This document shows, one piece after another, positions 59,425 through 64,000 of a stretch of 64,000 nucleotides of DNA. The DNA is taken from IMG/VR virus record IMGVR_UViG_3300031857_000014, one strand, 5' to 3'. The position numbers and the translations under genes were made by a program. Position 1 is the first letter of the stretch; each line of letters opens with the position of its first letter. Source of the stretch: a virus. Taxonomy: Duplodnaviria; Caudoviricetes. The notes beneath the pieces were generated by a model. That model searched no databases. It had not been told where the DNA came from and saw only the letters and a program-made list of their open reading frames with translations.

Positions 59425-59441
59425 AAATTATAAACAAAAAA
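59425..59441 (-). promoter_or_regulatory. Class II motif TTTTTTGTTTATAATTT
   Basis: Identical to 8663..8679; abuts the upstream terminator; 33 nt upstream of the SSB ATG. Confidence 0.5.
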
Positions 59442-59464
59442 AGTCAGATTATGAAATCTGACTT
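59436..59464 (-). terminator. Intrinsic terminator after the ferritin-like gene
   Basis: AAGTCAGAT-TATGAA-ATCTGACTT 9-bp stem followed on the minus strand by a T tract. Confidence 0.7.
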
Positions 59465-59489
59465 GAAGTTTTTTAAAAAAATATTTTTG

Positions 59490-59861
59490 TTACTCGAGTG
59501 TTAATAAATAAGCGAACTTATTTAGTTCTCCTAACATTTCATCACGAATATTAAGTAAATCTGTATCTGAAGGGTCTAAAGACTCACTCATATCTCCCAA
59601 AATTTCTCTAATTTTTGATATCATTGATTTGATGTCAATTTCAGATAAATTATTTAATTCGATGTTTTTTGTTTCTTCATCTAAAACAAATCTTCCATAT
59701 TTACCCATAGCAGATTCAACAAATGTATCAATGAGTGGGTCTAAAGCTTCATATAAACCACCAAAAGCTTGGTGTCTACCTAAACCTTTTGTTTGCCAGT
59801 GACATATTCTCAATTGTGCTTGTAATCCTAAAAATAAATTAACATTAGTATCTAATTTCAT
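59490..59861 (-). CDS. Ferritin/Dps-like helical protein, DUF5856-like
   Basis: ICHWQTKG...HQAFGGLYEALDPLIDTFVESAMGKYGR and NIRDEMLGELNKFAYLLTL motifs. Confidence 0.75.
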   Translation of the reverse strand: MKLDTNVNLFLGLQAQLRICHWQTKGLGRHQAFGGLYEALDPLIDTFVESAMGKYGRFVLDEETKNIELNNLSEIDIKSMISKIREILGDMSESLDPSDTDLLNIRDEMLGELNKFAYLLTLE

Positions 59862-60474
59862 CTTCTTGTGCGTTTGGGTTAAAAGTATTTCTTATTGTTT
59901 CTTTAGTAAAGTCATCAATATCATTTTTAGTTAATACGTATTCATTTTTACCACTTAATTTCATTTCCTCCTGTTTTTTTGAAAAAAACTCATTTGGTTT
60001 TTGATTGAATGGGTATGAATCCAAAGAACGCATTTCTAATTTCTCTTGAGGTGTTTCTGGTTTCATGTTTTTAACTTCAGAACTCAATGAATCAATTCTA
60101 TCGATAATAGAATCCATATTCTGTAGTTTTGTTTCTAAATCAGATAACTTAGTAAAAACATCTTCCATTTTATTTAAAACTGAAGTATGGTCTTGTTTGT
60201 TATCATCAATTTCTTTTTTGATGTTTTTTGTCATGTTAACCAAATCAGTGATATCTATCTCTTCTGTTTCATCAGCTGATGGTGGTGCTTCTCCTGTTGG
60301 AGGTGGTGGTACGTCACCTGCTGGTGGAGGTGGCACATCTCCTGCTGGTGGTAATTCTCCTGCCGGTGGAGGAGGAGGTGGTGGTGGAACATCTTGTTCC
60401 ATAATCATTTTTTTTGCGTATTTATTAATCGCATTAAAACGATTTAATTCTTCTTGTAATTTTTGTTCTAACAT
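59845..60474 (-). CDS. Putative head-associated protein with polyproline tract
   Basis: LQEELNRF..IMEQ N-terminus, Pro-rich tract, coiled coil, LEMRSLDSYPFN motif. Confidence 0.55.
   Translation of the reverse strand: MLEQKLQEELNRFNAINKYAKKMIMEQDVPPPPPPPPAGELPPAGDVPPPPAGDVPPPPTGEAPPSADETEEIDITDLVNMTKNIKKEIDDNKQDHTSVLNKMEDVFTKLSDLETKLQNMDSIIDRIDSLSSEVKNMKPETPQEKLEMRSLDSYPFNQKPNEFFSKKQEEMKLSGKNEYVLTKNDIDDFTKETIRNTFNPNAQEDEIRY
60278..60390 (-). repeat. Polyproline / PPAGDVPPP repeat
   Basis: PPPPPPPPAGELPPAGDVPPPPAGDVPPPPTGEAPP. Confidence 0.85.
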
Positions 60475-60478
60475 AGTA

Positions 60479-60682
60479 TTAATCTTGTAATAGTTGTCTT
60501 CCGTCTTCAGTGACGTATTTTTTATTTATTCTTTCAACGATACCGTCTTTTGACCTGATAACATAACATTCTCCGGTCTGTAAATCACATTCCTCTCTCT
60601 CCATACCATCTTGAGAGACATTTTTAACCACTTTTTGATTTAAAAATGAATCTAAACTGTTGTTTAATTTATTATTATCCAT
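60479..60682 (-). CDS. Small hypothetical protein
   Basis: 67 aa with ECDLQTGEC motif; class I motif at 60694..60700, 11 nt upstream. Confidence 0.65.
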   Translation of the reverse strand: MDNNKLNNSLDSFLNQKVVKNVSQDGMEREECDLQTGECYVIRSKDGIVERINKKYVTEDGRQLLQD

Positions 60683-60721
60683 ACTTTTTTTATATAAATA
60701 TCTTGATTATAGGTAATAATT

Positions 60722-63700
60722 CTATTCCATACTGAAATAAACTACATCTCCTTCAACTAAATTTAATCTATCCATCAGTTCTTGTGACATTCCTATACCA
60801 TATCCCGGAATATTCGGTCCAACATTTATTTGACCCGTTACTGTTCTTGAACCAACAGCTCCTGATACATTAAATGATATATTACTAAGTGTTGCATTTT
60901 TCTTAGGATTATAAAAAGTTGTTTTTCCAGAAATTATTTTTGACGTTGGTACATTCTTTTTACTAAATTTACATGAATAAAAAATTAAGTCCTTAGATTT
61001 ATCTTTTATTTCACTCCATGGTAATGGTGCACTTTCAACTAATGACATGTTAGTTGTATCACTAATTTGATAAATAGAACTACCCATTCTAGCAACCCTT
61101 GCTCTTAACCAATCTTTATTACTATACTTAACTTTTTGTATGTATAATTCATCATTAAAACCATTAAATGGTACACCAAATTCAGTAATTGCTGCGTCTT
61201 TTATCAATTCTTCTCCAGGTAATAAACCACCTGGATCAGTTGTATAGTTACCTTTTGATGTCGACACGTTTTCGGTTGTTGATGTTTTTTTATCCGCTTC
61301 TTTTATTAACGCAATCGCTTTAGCACTAATCTTATCAAATAAAGGTTTATAACTTGACATAAAGGAGTCTTTAGGGTCAGGAAGAGATGCTACAGGTATT
61401 CTTGTTCCTTTAAATGACGTTGTTATATTATTATTTCTTATATTATGAGTAACTTCTGTAATCCAATATGACCCTTTAAACATTGGGATGTTTTTAAGAT
61501 AAAAAAACATTGTGGGTTGTATCATCACATCACCCATACAAGTTACTTCACAAGAATAAGACGCTTGTCTATATATTTCAAATAAACCTATATCAACATT
61601 ATATGTACCGGAACCTGATTCAGACCTTGCTAAGTTTTCCATTACAACAAATGATTCTGTTGTATTTTTAATAGTGGATTGGTCTAAAGATACTCCTTTA
61701 AATATTCCTTGATTTTGGTCACCAAAACTAACTTCAAAAGCAACGACCTTATTTGATTTCGCGAAATCGTCTTTGGTAAAAACGTCTGGTGCGGTTATTA
61801 TCAATGGGTTATTGTTTACATTGGATATGTCAAAAGTATCATCATTAAACCCATATTTTTTACTTTCGGACATATCCGGGTGTTTTGATGTGGGACCAAC
61901 ATATTGAACAACCACCTTAGGTGATGACTCTTGATAATCAACCTCCAAAAATGTTCCAAATAAATTGGAAGCTAAGTTTTTAGATGGTGTGATTTTATTG
62001 TTATTTGGTGAAGGTGAACTACCATAAAAATTAACATAAGATGGTAATACTCTCATGTCAAATCCTGTACCTTGTATCAATACTGATAATGCGGTGTATA
62101 AATTAATTTTGTCATTTTTAGGGTCTAATAGAGAAATAAACCTATCCAAATTCAAATATGCCACATCACCAATATCTTTATTAGCTTTATCTAAAAACAT
62201 AAATTCTTCCATCAATAATCTTTGACCTAAAGAATTTCCTGCAACCCATTTATCATTGAATGATTTAAAGAAATTATACATTTCAATCTTTAAATCTCTA
62301 TTGTTGTATCCTTTTACAATATTTCGACCTGTGTCGGGGTTTGCTTGTAATTTAGCAAAATTACTTATCAACAATTGTAAGAATAATCCTTGTCTAATAA
62401 AATGAGGATTTGACCCACCTATGAACACACTTTGTTTTATATAATCTTGAAATGCCGTTTTAGTATTTGTCCCTCCATTTTTTATATACCCCGCATAAAT
62501 TAATATTAATGGTCTGAATTGTTTTATATTATCCTCATTTAATTTAACGTCATTTATGATAAAGAAGTTTTGATAATATGAATCAATGTCTTCACCTATA
62601 TATAATTTAATTAAATTTTGATTTGCTACTGTTAATTGTGAACTATCATAAGAATCGTATGAAAATGTATTTACATTATCTACTTTAGAAAAACCATGAA
62701 AAAGATGACTATCAATTTCTTTCGGATTTGCGAGTGTTATTTTTAGTACATTGTTGTTTGCCAACATATCTCTAGTTAAATCTAAAAGTTTTGTTTTTTG
62801 TTTTGTTTTAATCTGTAATATCAACGTATCTACATCAGTACTATCAGATGTTTCCTTTTTTACAGTTACAATTTCTTTTAATAGTTGTTGAAAATTGTCA
62901 TGTTTTACATTACTAAACCTTTTAAGTGGTATTTCTTGTTTTAAATTCTCACTAGCAAATTCCAAAAATAATTGTTCGAAAGAATCTAAAATACTTGGAC
63001 TAAACGTACCAATTAAATCAATCACTTTCCTATAATTTGTTCCTAAAGAATATTGATTATCGTCTGTTGACCCACTCACATATGTTCTTGGATATTCAGA
63101 AAATGAATTAAATGTTTTACCGGTAAATGAATTATTAATATAATCATCATCCCAAATAATTCTAAAATAAGATTCGAACTCTGTTAGGAATGAATTATCT
63201 GTTGTACCGATAATTGTCGGTAATGTAGACAATATAGGTGTGTTCTGTTTTTTATTTATATATTGATTGTCTCCATCTGATGGTAATAATGTATATCTTA
63301 AATCGTTATTATCGAACCTTGAATTATTTACGAATCCAGTCCAATATCTTGAATTATTTGATTGTTCTCTAACCCTTTCTACAAACGCACCTGCGGTATT
63401 ATTTAATGAATATGATGTGTTACCAGATTCAATAACATAAAAATTGTAATCATTTACGATTTGATGAAATATCGCATCATAGTATGGATGTATACCAATA
63501 TCAAATGTTGAACCTGAATATGTCACATTAAATGAAGATATCCCGGAATTAGTATTTGCTGTTACTGTAAAATTAGTGAATGTTCCTCCCGTTTGTTGAT
63601 CATTAAAAAATTCACCCCCATTTAAATTTAATGTAGTTGTTCCTGTTAGACACCCACTTAATATATCTGTACCATTTTGAATGTAATTTTTATATCTATG

Positions 63701-64000
63701 ATATATTGATCCCCATTTTAATATTAAATGATATGGTACATAATGAGTCGAACCCACTTCTCTGAATAAAGAAGAAATGGGAAACGGGGAGAAACCAAAT
63801 CTATTTATGTCTTCTAAATCTAAAAATGGTAAAGAATTTAATAAAAGATATGCCGATCCAGCATATTTTCCATACGGTGCACTTTTAAAAAATTCGGAAT
63901 ATAACTGATTGTGAAAATACGGTGTATTAAGTATGTGTGTTGATGTTTGATTAACTTTTAATTTATTTAAAAATAAATTTGTTTCAAATCCACTTTTAAC
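60722..64000 (-). CDS. Large baseplate hub-like structural protein, C-terminal part (5' end outside window)
   Basis: I read no in-frame stop from the track's GTG at 63757 to 64000, so at least 1092 aa; CEVTCMGDVMIQPTMFFYLKNIPMFKGSYWITEVTHNI resembles gp27/gpD hub C-termini. Confidence 0.65.
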   Translation of the reverse strand, partial: VKSGFETNLFLNKLKVNQTSTHILNTPYFHNQLYSEFFKSAPYGKYAGSAYLLLNSLPFLDLEDINRFGFSPFPISSLFREVGSTHYVPYHLILKWGSIYHRYKNYIQNGTDILSGCLTGTTTLNLNGGEFFNDQQTGGTFTNFTVTANTNSGISSFNVTYSGSTFDIGIHPYYDAIFHQIVNDYNFYVIESGNTSYSLNNTAGAFVERVREQSNNSRYWTGFVNNSRFDNNDLRYTLLPSDGDNQYINKKQNTPILSTLPTIIGTTDNSFLTEFESYFRIIWDDDYINNSFTGKTFNSFSEYPRTYVSGSTDDNQYSLGTNYRKVIDLIGTFSPSILDSFEQLFLEFASENLKQEIPLKRFSNVKHDNFQQLLKEIVTVKKETSDSTDVDTLILQIKTKQKTKLLDLTRDMLANNNVLKITLANPKEIDSHLFHGFSKVDNVNTFSYDSYDSSQLTVANQNLIKLYIGEDIDSYYQNFFIINDVKLNEDNIKQFRPLILIYAGYIKNGGTNTKTAFQDYIKQSVFIGGSNPHFIRQGLFLQLLISNFAKLQANPDTGRNIVKGYNNRDLKIEMYNFFKSFNDKWVAGNSLGQRLLMEEFMFLDKANKDIGDVAYLNLDRFISLLDPKNDKINLYTALSVLIQGTGFDMRVLPSYVNFYGSSPSPNNNKITPSKNLASNLFGTFLEVDYQESSPKVVVQYVGPTSKHPDMSESKKYGFNDDTFDISNVNNNPLIITAPDVFTKDDFAKSNKVVAFEVSFGDQNQGIFKGVSLDQSTIKNTTESFVVMENLARSESGSGTYNVDIGLFEIYRQASYSCEVTCMGDVMIQPTMFFYLKNIPMFKGSYWITEVTHNIRNNNITTSFKGTRIPVASLPDPKDSFMSSYKPLFDKISAKAIALIKEADKKTSTTENVSTSKGNYTTDPGGLLPGEELIKDAAITEFGVPFNGFNDELYIQKVKYSNKDWLRARVARMGSSIYQISDTTNMSLVESAPLPWSEIKDKSKDLIFYSCKFSKKNVPTSKIISGKTTFYNPKKNATLSNISFNVSGAVGSRTVTGQINVGPNIPGYGIGMSQELMDRLNLVEGDVVYFSME

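Noticed and set aside
575-60490. Many short plus-strand ORFs in the track (for example 896..1267, 15007..15507, 22426..22866, 60065..60490) and nested minus-strand alternative-frame ORFs
   Set aside because: They lie antisense to or inside well-supported genes and mirror their low-complexity repeats; no independent motifs. Only 8732..9528 is accepted on the plus strand.
1-64000. Stop-codon reassignment as in some large phages
   Set aside because: Long conserved genes are intact in the standard code, and TAA, TGA (12636, 23760) and TAG (17733) all occur as plausible stops.
1-64000. tRNA, tmRNA or rRNA genes
   Set aside because: Intergenic gaps are at most about 125 nt and none showed a cloverleaf or T-loop GTTC signature by eye; tRNAscan-SE or ARAGORN would be decisive.

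Overview
AT-rich (about 30% GC by eye), gene-dense 64 kb segment of a large tailed phage, most likely a jumbo myovirus of a Bacteroidota host. Host inference: the phage sigma-70 and ClpP closely resemble Bacteroidota RpoD and ClpP, it carries an Hc1-type histone-like protein and a SprB repeat, and Shine-Dalgarno motifs are not evident. All genes are on the minus strand except one small plus-strand unit (8732-9528). Contents: tail fibre/adhesin and baseplate genes (1-5.2 kb, 26.3-51.8 kb, 60.7-64 kb); T4-like replication/recombination genes (SSB, RecA/UvsX, 5'-3' exonuclease, DnaB helicase, primase, RuvC, SbcC/SbcD, PD-(D/E)XK exonuclease, class II RNR); host-takeover genes (sigma-70, NusG, ClpP, AAA ATPase, Dam-family MTase, Hc1, Trx, Grx); acidic modular proteins that look head-associated; and a membrane/lysis-like cluster with a degenerate amidase. 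No tRNA, rRNA, CRISPR array, intein, reverse transcriptase or stop-codon recoding was seen. Best leads: two distinct phage promoter motifs, a structured terminator-containing RNA element ahead of primase together with a phage NusG, an AAA ATPase ending in IGF alongside a phage ClpP, a possible thiol-redox relay for very Cys-rich virion adhesins, pervasive (S/T)GxT and Pro-Thr motifs in structural proteins, and apparent GATC avoidance. Family names come from motif recognition by eye, not database searches.
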